In this document: positions 39,331-53,305 of the stretch, piece after piece
Position numbering within the stretch: position 1 is the first letter of the stretch
Layout: every line of letters begins with the position of its first letter
Assembly: GCA_951406725.2 (NCBI GenBank)
Contig: OX597828.1
Coordinates: 14,260,001 to 14,324,000 of the forward strand
Length of the DNA: 64,000 nucleotides
Source of the DNA: Octopus vulgaris
Lineage: Eukaryota
Direction: 5' to 3'
Program-made: the position numbers and the translations under genes
The notes under the pieces: model-generated
Seen by the model: only the letters and a program-made list of their open reading frames with translations
The model's database searches: none
What the model was told of the DNA's origin: nothing

Positions 39331-41929
39331 GCATATAGGTATATATATATGTATGTATGTATGTGTATTAACCAATGTTAAGGAAAGAAAAACTTAAACA
39401 TCGTTTCGCAAATTCCAACAAAGATTCACACGAACAATTCTCGCGCTAACAACTACAACAGCGAATTCTATCTCCACCATCGCCACTATAACCTATACTT
39501 CGATACCTGATCCTCTCCTCCGCTCACTCAACTGTTAAGTGATCTAAAACCGTGTAGAATTAAGTACACTGCCTAGAAACACGAGCTGTTGTTGTTGTTG
39601 TCGTTGTTATTGTTTAACACCAGGCCAGGCTTCTTCCAACAGACCCTTAATGATAGGCACTCTAATCCAACCCGACCTAATCCTGTTTTTGTTGTTGTTT
39701 TCATTCCCCCACCCATCCTCATAATTATAAGGGAAGGAGTAATTGACAGGTTCGGAGAATTCCAACCCACAGCTTCATGCAAAAATAATAATTATCTAAC
39801 ATTTATTTTAAGTGTGTTTTACGTAAATCAGACGGTTAGCAGTGGGTTCATTTTATGAATTAAAAAAACACAAACCCCAACTCGACTGAAATGCAGGCCA
39901 CGCCCATGTTTTGAAGAGTAGTATATATCTACAACTATATTATGAAAATGTGATCGTCTCTATTTAAAACTTTTAAGATGGTAGGGTGGGAGATTTAAAG
40001 AAAATTCAGCTGCTATTTCTAGCATGTAAGAAAACTACGCACAGAAAAGCTCTCTCGGCGACTTTAGAAACAAAAAAATCACAATATGCAGCGTAATAGG
40101 TTTGAACTCCTGTCGTATAAAGCGGTAGCCCGATAGCTTATCCATTCGGCCATTTCATCTCCACACTGAATTGATATGGGTTTCTTTCATGTGTACCTGG
40201 ACCATTTTTTTTTCAGACGGTTATTATTTAATGTTATCCCCTGTGTATTTACATGAGCCCCACCCCCAAAGGAGCCTCTACCATCTGAATTAAAAGGCGC
40301 ATAAGATAATATACCCCTATATGCCTTTCAAAAAAACGAGATAGTCATAGCTGGAACGTCTTTGATTTCACTATGAGACCATTTAATGAAGATTGACCTG
40401 GAGCTAATCAATAAACAACTGCTACAAAAATGAGCCAATGAAGGACACATTGAGTAATGCAAGTCCTTCCAACAACTAAAAAAAAAACCAGACGGTCACG
40501 GCGGGAAAATCTCTGGTCATAATGTCTGTTCAGTGTTGACCTGGGGCTTAACTAAAAATAAAAACATCGACGGGACACTTTGGATAAGGTGATGATCACG
40601 ACGGGGAAGCGATTGACCATAGAACTCAATCAAATATGACCTAGGGTTAAAAACAACACCGCAACAACAACAGCAACAACGAGCGGTACCTATTTTATTA
40701 TCAACATATTCTCAGCTCCAGTGAAAGATAGAATAAATTTGACTGTCGTATGATTCGAACCTTTTTGCAAAAACAAAAAAAAATGAAGAACAAAACAAAA
40801 CTTTAAAACGAAATTGCTAACAATATATTTAAGAAACATTTTATTATCTTAGCTCCCACCACCAAGCATACGCCGCCGCCACCACCACGCATACGCCGCC
40901 GCTACCACCACACCCATGTTATCGAAATAATCATATAAGACTAACTATAATAATACTAACAAATGTTGACGTTAAATTCATTACTTATTAAAAATGACAA
41001 CGTGGCCTTATTTCACACATTTCTGCCCTCTCTCTTTAGTTGTTTTTTCATTTTCTCTCTTTAAGAGAAAGAGATAGACAGGAGAACGTGAGACAAGAGA
41101 GAGATAGGAAGAGAGAGGGTGAGTGAGAGAAAGAAAGGAGAGGAGATATATTTATATTAAATAAATAAATTCAAAGTCCGTGTTTCTAAAACTTTATTTA
41201 GTTAATGAGTCTCAACTTTTGTAAATATGTCGTTTAAACAATAGTTGTTTAAAAGTTTCAGGTCAATCTTGACTCAGCAGATCCATAATCTATGCGATTT
41301 GGCTGCTATTTCTAACGGATCGAACGGTCATGTAAACACTCACCTCTTTGGCTAGGCAAGGCATTTTAGTTAAATAGTGGCTAACATGTTTGATGTAGTA
41401 AACCTCTAAATGTTGTGGAAAGAAAAAGAAAAGAAAAAACTCTATTAGTTGCAATGGTTAATTCTGGTAAAGAAAAGCAAGGGAGTGAACTTTAGAATTC
41501 AATTAAAAAACTGATTGAGGCCATGCAATGAGGAAATGAGTTTGATCTTTGATAAGTGTCAGTGACCACTCTAGACATGTTTCAGTTTAATGAGATCTCC
41601 TCAGAAAGTATGGCATTTGCCAGTACTAATTAGATTCTGAATAATTGATAAGAGAGATAAAGATTTTGTGTGAATAAATATTACAGCCATAACAGTTTAA
41701 AAGAAGGGTTCATGCTGGGCTAAAGGAATTAGTCAAGAACAATCTCTGCAGGATAAAAATGGCCAAGCCTTTGCCATCACCACCAAAATTTTTGATTAAT
41801 AGAATATTAACTCATAACAAGGAGAGTTTATTCTTTAACTCTTTGTGTTAACACCATTACATTTGTGTTCCTCATAACATTGGAATGAACATGTAAGGGT
41901 TTGTAAGTTTAAATAACATTCAATAAGTG

Positions 41930-42335
41930 ATCCATTGCTGAATGGAACTTGCATCAAGCAAGCCATTGGTCAAGGGAACTGTTTTTTAAATAAACTTTTT
42001 TGGCCAGATTGGCTTATTGTCCTCTACTTTAAAAAATGGATTTACTGACAGGTCTTTTGTCAAATGGAACTTTTGTCTAGTAAATCATTTGTCAAGTGAA
42101 CTGTTTGTCAAACAAATTTTTTGCCAGATTGACTTATTGTCCTCTACTTTGTCAAATGGACTTCTTGTTGATGGGTCTTTTGTCAAATGGACCATTTGTC
42201 AAGCAAAACATTTGTCAAAAGGATCGTTTGTCAAACTTTTTGCCAGATTGGTTTATCATCCTTACTTCATCAAGAGGACTCCTTATCAAAAGGATCATTT
42301 ATCAGGCAAGCCATTCACCAAGGGAACTGTTTGTC
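41930..42335. repeat. Degenerate tandem repeat: ~15-bp TTTGTCAAATGGA subunits in a ~120-bp higher-order period
   Basis: GCCAGATT at 42003, 42123 and 42242; many TTTGTCAA motifs. Confidence 0.8.
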
Positions 42336-43195
42336 ACTATAAACACATATATATATATATAAAGCGGCCACCCTGTGTAGTCTTCCCACCTCACACATCC
42401 AAACTTATGCCACTGTTACTGCTACCAAAGTAGTCTTTACTTCTTGGAGCTGGTCAGTCTTATACCCCTCTATTCAGACACTTCCTACACACACACACTC
42501 TCACACACTCTCTCTCTCTCTCTCTGCTTGTCATCCATATTGTATCCACTGCCACAAGGCCAGCAATAACCATTATGCCTAAAATGTTGGCCCTGAGGAA
42601 TTTTTTAAAATTCCTGCATCTGTTCAAGATAGACATTAGTCACATGAAGACAGAGAAGGTGAAACTCTGAGTATCAACTCATACATACTAACTTTCAAAT
42701 AAATCATGGTTTTCCATTTTATCCAACAATATTGAAGACTTAATTGCTTAATTGCAATTCTCACCAATATGTAAACACTATCTGCTATGATGCAGAAATG
42801 GTTACATCTCTCTCTATATGTGTGTATACAGATGTGTGTGTGTGTGTGTGTGTGTGTTTATTGGTATGCATATATTAAGGTTATTTCCCGGTGAAGGCAT
42901 CATGGTGTGAATATATACAGATGATATATGAGTGAGTGTGTGTGCGTATATATATGTATGTGAGCAACTATGATATAAGGCTGAATGAGTTTCCTGCAAG
43001 CTCAGGATTACAACACAGTATTTAAAGTGAATTAGCAGAGAACCTTCCACAGCTATACAAGTAATTGCTTCATAATTGTGTGATAATAATAATAACAATA
43101 ATAATAATAATAATACAACTGCAACAGCAGTTTGTTGTCCGGAACCACACAAGCCTTAAATGATTAATTACTACAACAGATAACTATTCCTGATG

Positions 43196-43449
43196 TGACG
43201 TCATTTGAACTATAATGAACGTCTGACATAGGTACGCAAAGTCACAAATTAACTGGGTGGTGGTGGTGGTGGTGGGAAGATGTAGTTGCTTATATGAACT
43301 CCCTCTCCCTTCTCTATTATTTGGATGGTGGTACTTTCGGGATGTTCGAGAAAGGATGAAAATTACAGGAGGTGAGTAATAGTAAAAAAAATGGTAAAGG
43401 ATCAGACTACGCAATCTAAAACTATTTACTTTTCTCATTCCATATTTGG
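43196..43449. promoter_or_regulatory. Candidate regulatory segment with CRE (TGACGTCA, 43196-43203) and CArG box (CCATATTTGG, 43440-43449)
   Basis: Perfect consensus motifs in non-repetitive DNA about 6 kb upstream of the ATG; motif match only. Confidence 0.25.
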
Positions 43450-43899
43450 TGTTCAGAAACCATTGTGGTTTCTGAACTTTGCCCTTCATCTTCCAAACAC
43501 ATATATTTTTTGGTTCTTTCTTCTTTCTAAAAAGTGTATGAGAGTGGTAAGCATGGTTGAGTTAGATGGTCTTGTTATGCACCTGTCGACCATGGGTAGA
43601 ATTTGAGAGACGGCACTCACTTTTGGTAATCACACAGGACAAAATGCTTAGTGGCATTTCATCCATCTTCACATTCTAAGTTCAAATTCTACCAAGGCTA
43701 ACTTTGCCTTTCATCCTTTTGGGGGTTGATAAAATAAGCACTAGTTGATCACCAGGGGCAAAGCAATTGACTTAGCCCTTCTCCCAAAATTATGGGCCTT
43801 GTGCCAAAATTTGAAACCATTATTAATTTTGTCTTTGATACTTTCAGATTTGATAAAATGATGTACCAGCTAAATACTAGTGTCAATTTAAAATGACTA

Positions 43900-44052
43900 A
43901 CAGGGGTCACCACCACCCACCCCTGCCGGAGCCTCTTGGAGCTCTAGGTGTTTTCACTCAATAAACACACACAACGCCCTGTCTGGGAATCGAAACCATG
44001 ATCCTCTGACCACGAGTCTGCTGCCCTAACCACTGGGCCATTGCGCCTCCAC
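43900..44052 (-). mobile_element. SINE family C, 3'-truncated
   Basis: Matches about 38975-39124; anticodon-like loop CTCGTG. Confidence 0.75.
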
Positions 44053-44377
44053 CTTGTGCCAATAGTAGAAAGAATTATTATCATTATCATTATTATTTTT
44101 ATTATAATTATTGTACTTGTTAAATAAACAATGGAAAGTCAAGTGTAAAGTTTGCAGTCAATTTAAACTTTTGGTCGATCACTTTATCAAATTACATGCT
44201 TGTGTTTCTGTCTTGGTTCTAAAACCATTGTTGTTTCTGGGCGTCAAATGTCTAAATTATACAGTTTATAATAGCTTTGACGAGAACAAAGAATATGCGC
44301 AGAGTGAAGATTTTGTGTAAAAGACTTTTTAATAGAAACAGAAATGAATGTACAAGAGATGCTGAAGATTGGTGCTT

Positions 44378-45178
<801 letters not shown>

Positions 45179-46274
45179 TAGTCACAAATTGCCAAATCAG
45201 TAAAAAAAAAAAAAAATTAACCAATCAAAAAGTAGAACCAAAGTTTCTTTTCTCTTTTTTTTTCTTTTTTTTTAAAATCTTTTAGCCAAGAGGGAAAGTA
45301 ATGTTAGAGTCCATAACTCCCTCACAGAATCTTTGAGACTCGTGAGAGGGAGACAGGTATTCTAAAACCAGAAACTTGGCTTTATTGCTTGCAGTAGAGG
45401 GGTTTGTGCTAAAAGCATCCAAGGGGAAGGTGGTGGGTGTTAAACCAGGCAACATGATTAAGTCTACTACCCATGTAGGCTGTAAGGGTATTTGAACTCA
45501 GAACACAAAGACCTAGAACAAGTATCACAAGGCAGTCAATATGCTGTTGTAGTTCTACCAACCTACCATCTTGGATTGGTACCTTTTTATTAACTTCAAA
45601 AAGATAAAAGGGAAAATTGACTTCAGTAGGAGTTGAACTCGGCGTGCAAGTAGTCCAAACATATACAGCCAAGCATTCTGCCTAACACTCTAACAACTCC
45701 GCCAATTTGCCCTACGAGTCAGCTGTTCCGGCACATCTCCCATGCCATCTTTGGAGGCAACACCTTTTCTATTTTGTCCACTGGGACCTTGAGGCATGTT
45801 TATTCCCCTGCTGTGAGGAAGAGAAAGGTATGATGAGTTAAGCAGGGTTCTTCATCATTTATACATTTTACTAATTTGTGATTCTGTTCATATTGTGTTT
45901 CTAATATAAGTTTTGTCATATAATAATGAATAAAGATGCTCATATGCTTGACACCAGAACTTCCTATTGCTTGACTTTTCTTTAAATTGGTTTATTATTT
46001 ATTTTCTACTTTTTCCCTCTCTTTGAGTATTATTTCCGTTAAAATAAAATTCAATTGTTTTCATTTAAATAACAAAATAAATTCCTGGATCCAGCCAAAA
46101 ATTCTCCGCTCAAATATATTCTGGCGCCATGAATTATCTAAGATCAAAAGACACACTTATGTTGTCTTCCATTGGCTCTATCCACCTATACATAAAAAGG
46201 AGCCACAATCACACACAGTTTGCTGTTTTATTTCGGTTTCAATTTCAAAAGCACATTTAGGAGTGCAGTGTGCA

Positions 46275-46447
46275 GGCGTAGGAGTGGCTGTGTGGTAAGT
46301 AGCTTGCTTACGAACCACATGGTTCCGGGTTCAGTCCCACTGTGTGGCACCTTGGGCAAGTGTCTTCTACTATAGCTTCAGGCCGACCAAAGCCATGTGA
46401 CTGGATTTGGTAGACAGAAACTGAAAGAAGCCCATCGTATATATGTT

Positions 46448-46486
<39 letters not shown>

Positions 46487-46685
46487 GTTTGTGTGTGTTT
46501 GTCCCCCAATATCGCTTGACAACCGATGCTGGTGTGTTTACCTCCCCGTATCTTAGCAGTTTGGCAAAAGAGACCGATAGAATAAGTTCTAGTCTTACAA
46601 AGAATAAGTCCTGGGGTCAATTTGCTTGACTAAAGGCAGTGTTCCAGCATGACCACAATCAAATGACTGAAACGAGTAAAAGAGT
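46275..46685 (+). mobile_element. SINE family B, full length
   Basis: From GGCGTAGGAGTGGCTGTGTGG through to the GTAAAAGAGT tail. Confidence 0.87.
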
Positions 46686-46971
46686 ATTTAAGACGGTTAT
46701 GTAGTATAGTTCACTTTATCAGTTTTTTCAAACCTGTTAGAATAAAAAACTTCATGATGTTCTACTGCTATAAAATATATTCTCACACACATTATATATA
46801 GATATGTATATATAAATACATAGATATGTATATATATATATACATATCTATGAAATTCCAACTTAGTCAGATTTTCACATTCCATTATTTACAATTTTAC
46901 AGTAAAAAATGCAAATAATAAGATGTGAAAGTCAAACTTTCATTGAATAATATATTCTTCTATACACAATC

Positions 46972-47221
46972 ATGTGGAGGTGTGTGACTTAGTGGTTAGG
47001 GTGTCAGCATCATGATCGTGAGAATGTGGTTTCGATTCCTGGACCAGGCGACGCGTTGTGTTCTTGAGCAAAACACTTCATTTCACATTGCTCCAGTCCA
47101 CTCAGCTGGCAAAAATAGTAACACTGCGATGGACTGGCGTCCTGTCCAGCTGGGGAACACATACACCATTGAAACTAGGAAACTGGGCCCATGAGCCTGG
47201 CTAGGCTTCAAAAGGGCGCCA
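46972..47221 (+). mobile_element. tRNA-derived SINE family F
   Basis: A/B boxes TGACTTAGTGGTTAG / GGTTTCGATTCC; body TTCTTGAGCAAAACACTT...GCGATGGACTGGCGTCCTGTCCAG. Diverged relative at about 198-345. Confidence 0.7.
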
Positions 47222-47716
47222 TATTAATATTCTTATTATACACAATCATTTAAACTTGGTTATATATATATATATATATATACAGAGAGAGAGAGAGAGA
47301 TCTAAGTTAAACTTTTCCATTTAGTCATATCTGATAACTGCTGGTTTGTCTCTCCACACTTGGAAAGATCTTTAATATGAAACTATTCTATTGATGTGAA
47401 TCGGCTTTTACGAGATTAAATTTATAATAATGTACAAATTAATGTGTGTATGGAAAGATAGGTGAAAATATTTGACACAGGGAAAATAAATCAGGTTATG
47501 TAGACATTTAAATAAATGTACATATTAATGCATTGGACATTGCTATCCTTGGATAGTCATGGCTGGTATGTATTTCAAAGGCCTACACAATCAGAGCTAG
47601 CCTGGAGCTAAACGACAGCAATATATCTTTTATCTTTCGTTTACCTTTTACTTGTTTCAGTCATCAGACTTTGGCCATCCTGGGGCACTGCCTTGTAGAT
47701 AAAAAGGCATAGCCAA

Positions 47717-47950
47717 TCTTATTTCTTTACTGCTCACAAGGGGCTACACACAGAGGAGACAAACAAGGACAGACAAATGGATTAAGTCGATTATATCGAC
47801 CCTAGTGCGTAACTGGTACTTATTTAATCGACCCCCGAAAGGATGAAAGGCGAAGTCGACCTCGGCGGAATTTGAACTCAGAACGTAGCGGCAGACGAAA
47901 TACAGTTACGCATTTCACCTGGTGCACTAACGTTTTTGCCAGCTCACCGC
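47717..47950 (-). mobile_element. SINE family A (tail type 1)
   Basis: Reverse complement of the 9422-9656 consensus. Confidence 0.85.
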
Positions 47951-48454
47951 AGGATTTGATCTCTTGGAAGAATTTGATCCCTCACATTTTGTCCCATTCT
48001 ACTGGTTTGCTGTATATTGTGTAAAAGCATTAGTCCTTAGAATAGTACTCATAAATCTTGAGAGAGAGAGAGAAAAGAACAATTGATCATAGAAAACCCT
48101 AGTTCTTGAGTGATATTCATTTTAGAGAGCCCTGGGAAAATACGAAAGTAAAGTTGACCAAAAGATTAAAGCTCAGAATATGAAATGACACAACTAAATA
48201 TTGCAAGGTATTTTTAATTGTCACTCCACTGATTCTTGCATGCCACCGACTTTCATTTCAAAGATAAAATTAAACTAGATCACAAACCATATTGTCAAGA
48301 ATGATAAGTAAACCGTATCATAAACATGTTTTTTAGTGCAGAACTGCAAAGGGAAAAGAACCACAAAACTTCAGTGAATGTTCACAAAATACTGGACCAT
48401 CAAGAAGCAGAGACCATTAAGAGAATAATAAAAGAGAAGGAAATCAATCAAAAA

Positions 48455-48795
48455 TCAATGGAAATTGTAGTTGTGATACCAGTGCCGGTGGCACGTAAGA
48501 AGATCTATCCGAACGTGGCCATTGCCAGCGCTGCCTTGACTGGCCTCCATGCTGGTGGCACATAAAAAGCACTGACCGATCTTGGCCATTGCCAGACACA
48601 TCTGGCACCTGTGCCGGTGGCATGTAAAAAGCACCCACTACACTCACAGAGTGGTTGGCGTTAGGAAGGGCATCCAGCTGTAGAAACTCTCCCAGATCAG
48701 ACTGATGCCTGGTGCAGCCTCCTGGCTTCCCAGACCCCGGTCGAACCGTCCAGCCCAAGCTAGCATGGAAAACGGACCTTAAACGATGATGATGA
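48455..48795 (+). mobile_element. Retroposon family D
   Basis: Same structure as 18670-18992. Confidence 0.8.
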
Positions 48796-51155
48796 AGGAG
48801 CAGAGGTGGGGAGAAGAATACTTTTGGACCCCAAAAATCTAGCTTGTAACATTCTTGCATGGTTAAAAAGCTCACTTTGCAACTACGGGTTTCTGGTTCA
48901 GTCCCACTATGTGGCAGCTTGGGCAAGCATCTTTTATTATAGCCTTGAACTTAGGTCTTCTACTGTGCCTTGTGACCTTGTGAATGGATCTGGAAGACAG
49001 AAACTATGTGGAGTTTGTGTGTGTGTGTATGTATGTACACACACACATATATTTTTCTAGGATTGGGGCTAAAACATTTAAATGAGGTAAACAAATAAAA
49101 ATTAATTAATAATACAAGAAAAAGCAGCCAATTCTCTTGAAGCAGAACAAGGAAACAGGGCTATACGAACAATTCTAGTCAAAAAGAGTAAAGGAGACAA
49201 CCTCAAAATCTTAATTAAAAAACATTTAGAGCTTGGTTCATGCTGAAGAATCTGATTTTAGATAAAGGGTGACAACTCTGAACATGTTTCTGCCTCATTG
49301 GATTTCCTCTGAGAAGCATAGTCATTGCTATCTAAACAACGATAAAAATCTGGTGCTGCGTTGGTCCATTTTAGGAAAGAAATAGAAGTGGTTCACAGAC
49401 GATAAGCCATAAGGTGTACCTAGATGTGCTGCGGGATTAAAAAAATATATAACCTAAATCTTGAGAGAATCTGCATTAATGCTTGGGCGTTTTCAAAAAC
49501 CTGTTATTCACAATTTTGTAATACGTATTCTATGATAAATAAAATAAAGTAAGTAATAAATAAACACTTTTATTTCCTAAATTTAAAATTTAAAACAGTA
49601 TATTGTATTTAAAAAAAAAAAAACTTTCCGTGCTAAATGCGTCAATAATTTTTTATTTTTATCTCAAGAGTTTTGCGAGGCCAAAAAGACTGTAAGCTAC
49701 TAGGGTGTGATGTGATTCGAAGGACATTTTGTTGCTATTTCTAACTGGTCGCTCGCGCGATCGTGTACGTGTAGAGAGAGAGTCTGGCTCGGTTCGTTTG
49801 TCTAAAAATACTTTTAATTTGTAGGCGGTCATTTTAAACATAATAATAATAACATCAACAGATTTTTAGTATGTCTATAACAGAATTAATTCTAAATTGC
49901 TACGAGTCCAACATCCGTAAAAACTTATCTAAATATTTCTGACAGGAAGATGAGGAGCTAAAACCTCGTCACACACACACAGTTCATCATGTTCTTTAGG
50001 AAGATTGACGTCTTGAAAAGCCGAAGAAGGATGGAATTTCACTGCCAAATGTTTTTTGATAGTAGATTCTTTTATCCTTGTATAGTAAAAAGCCTGGACG
50101 AGTAGGCGCTCAATACATACACAAACACGTAAATACGCGCCCGTACATACACTTTGGCGGCGCTAAATGGAAGAAGCTAAGCATGTCGCGTTATACTGTC
50201 TCTCTCTTTCTCTTCCTCCTTCTCTCTCTCTCTTCCTCTTTCTCACTCTCACATACACACAAAGAATGTATTATATATATTTATATATATATGGATCGCC
50301 ATATATATATATATATATATATATAAACTCTTATATATATATATAAGATATATATATATAAGAGAGATAGAGAGATATAGATATGAGTCTATATGTGTAT
50401 ATATATAATCATGTATGTATATATGTGATTGTGTGTGGATGTGTGCACATTTGTGAGCAAATTGCCGAACCTATATGGAACTAGGCACGTTAGCAGATAT
50501 TACACACACACACATAATCACACATAATCTACATACACTCACACTATGACGCCTTCACCGGGAAATAACCTTAACGGAATGTTTCAAGTAGATGACATTT
50601 TCTCAAAAAGAAAAAGAAAAAAAGAATAACGAAAAAAAAAAGGACTAAGGAAAGAGAAAAAGAAAAAAAAATAGTTTTGTGACCGTTGATATATTTATTA
50701 TATGTTGCCATTACAGCCATCCATATATAGCCATCAGAATGTAAAGTATCAGAAATTCCAAGTTAGTTTCGATGATTTTGTAGGAGAATACTTACGAGAA
50801 GCTTCTCCCACAAAGTATTCGCAAGTAGATACGGACAAATGTTTTTACAGAAGCACTGAATGTAGTCTATTTTGTCCCTCTTTTACCCCCCACCCCCACC
50901 CCGCCTCAAATAGCTTTGATCATTCCTTTCATAACTCCGTGTATGTTAGAAGCAGCAATTCTTTCTTTTTTTTTTTTCTTCTCCAAGCAATCAACACATG
51001 CCTTTAGCCTGGGTTGCCCTGTTCTGCCAGTGGAGAACTGACTTGATCTTTCTCTCTCTCTCTCACACTCACACTCTCTCGTACACACGTACACTCATTC
51101 AGGCGTACTTATCTGAATAGTATTAAGAGTATGTGTCGCATGTATGTACAAATAT

Positions 51156-51552
51156 ACTCTTTTTACTCTCTTTTACTTGTTTCAGTCATTTGACTGCGGC
51201 CATGCTGGAGCACCGCCTTTAGTCGAGCAAATCGACCCCGGGACTTATTCTTTGTAAGCCCAGTACTTATTCTATCGGTCTCTTTTGCCGAACCGCTAAG
51301 TGACGGGGACGTAAACACACCAGCAATGCTAGGGGGACAAACACAGACACACAAACATATACACACACACTTATATATATATATACATATATACGACAGG
51401 CTTCTTTCAGTTTCCGTCTACCAAATCCACTCACAAGGCATTGGTCGGCCCGGGGCTATAGCAGAAGACACTTGCCCAAGATGCCACGCAGTGGGACTGA
51501 ACCCGGAACCATGTGGTTGGTTAGTAAGCTACTTACCACACAGCCACTCCTG
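51156..51552 (-). mobile_element. SINE family B, full length
   Basis: Reverse complement of the family-B consensus with a small internal deletion. Confidence 0.87.
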
Positions 51553-52914
51553 TGTGGGTATTTGACTATGTGATTGTGTGTGCGTGTATATGTATGTAGG
51601 CAGGTATATATTTATGTATGTAAAACTATTCACGCTTTATCATCATTGTATTTTACACACACACACACATATATATATATACACACACACACACAAATTT
51701 GAATATGGATGTTGTGTAGTCTTTAAAACTACAACTTTGGCCAAACATCTACTAGGCTTTCAAGATGTCTGACTATGCTCTTGCTAGAGGTGATTATATT
51801 TACACATTTATCATACTTTTCTATTACTTTTCAAAGCAGTGCCAGTATAAAGAGGAACATTGAGACAAACACACAAACACACACATGCAACATAATATAA
51901 ACATATATACACATACACACACACACGTGCATAGCAGGCTAATGTATGGCTACCATCAGCTAATTTCATGCATAAAACATTGGTCAAGCTGAGGCCATAA
52001 TAAAAGACTTCTCCAAGATGTTGCATAGTGAGTTTGAACTCGAGACTAAGTGGTTGAAAGTGGACTTCTTGGTCAAACAGTCATGATGATACCTTACATT
52101 CTGAGTTTAAATCCTGCGGAGATTGACCCTGCCTTACCCCAACCTTCCACAGGAGTTGTTAATACAAGCACCAGTTAATAATTAACAGGTTTCATTAAGT
52201 TGCTTCACACTTCCCCCAAATCTTCTGGCCTTGTCTCATTGTCAGAAGTCATTATTTAAGTAATTCTATTTAGAAATACTTGAAGTAAAATAAATAAAGT
52301 GTTCCACTATACCCAGAGTACAATGACTGGAAGTGTTAAATATATATATATATATATATATAAAATACAAATAAAAATTACGAGAATAAATAACTTAAGT
52401 AAAAAGAGTTAATCATATGTCACCATGACATATGCATGCTTCTATGTGACTGCAATATAACAATTACCATCCTTATAATACTAACTAATCACAATACAAT
52501 TATCTACACTTGATCATCCCACCACTTGCTTATGCTCATACATAGTGGGTCAGATTAATGTATGGCCCAATATGGACCATATCTCAGGGGTATCTTTAAC
52601 TCAGTGAAGCCAAAAGCTTGAAGTTAAAAATTAAGAAATATAATTTGCAGCAATTAAGGTAAGTTGTAATTTCTTTTTGTTTAAATTGTTTTTAGTCCAT
52701 TAGAATTTATTTAAAATCATTAAGTCCCTTGTAATCTATTGGCTTGTAAAGCCATTAAATTTAAGTCCCACTAAATCTAGCAAAGCCCTTGTTAAGTTTT
52801 GGGGCCTCTTCAAACTATTTGGAGCCCCTCTTTAATATCTTATGTTTTGAATTAGGTTCAATATTAAATTGCTTAACAAACTTTCCAGTTTGTTTAATAT
52901 CAATCCTTTCTATT

Positions 52915-53305
52915 GTGGGCACAAGGCCTGAAATTTGGATGGAGTAGGGTTAGTTGATTACATCAACCCCAGTATTTGACTGTTACTTATTTTAGCAACC
53001 CCAAAACAATGAAAGGTAAAGTCAACCATGGCAGAATTTGAACTCAGAATGTGAAGACAGACAAAATACCGCTCAGCATTTTGTCTGGTGTGCTAATGAT
53101 TCTGCCAGCTCACCACCTTAAGTTTGTTTTAATATTAGTAAAAGAAAAAGGCGGTGAGCTGGCAGAAACATTAGCAGGCTGGGCAAAATGCTTGGCAGTA
53201 TTTCGTCTGTCTTTATGTTCTGAGTTCAAATTCCACTTAGGTCAACTTTGCTTTTCATCCTTTTGTGGTCGATAAATTAAGTACCAGTTGCATACTGGAA
53301 TCGAT
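52915..53305. mobile_element. Two family-A SINEs head-to-head (minus 52915-53119, plus 53149-53305)
   Basis: Both match the family-A consensus in opposite orientations, with a spacer of about 30 bp. Confidence 0.8.
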
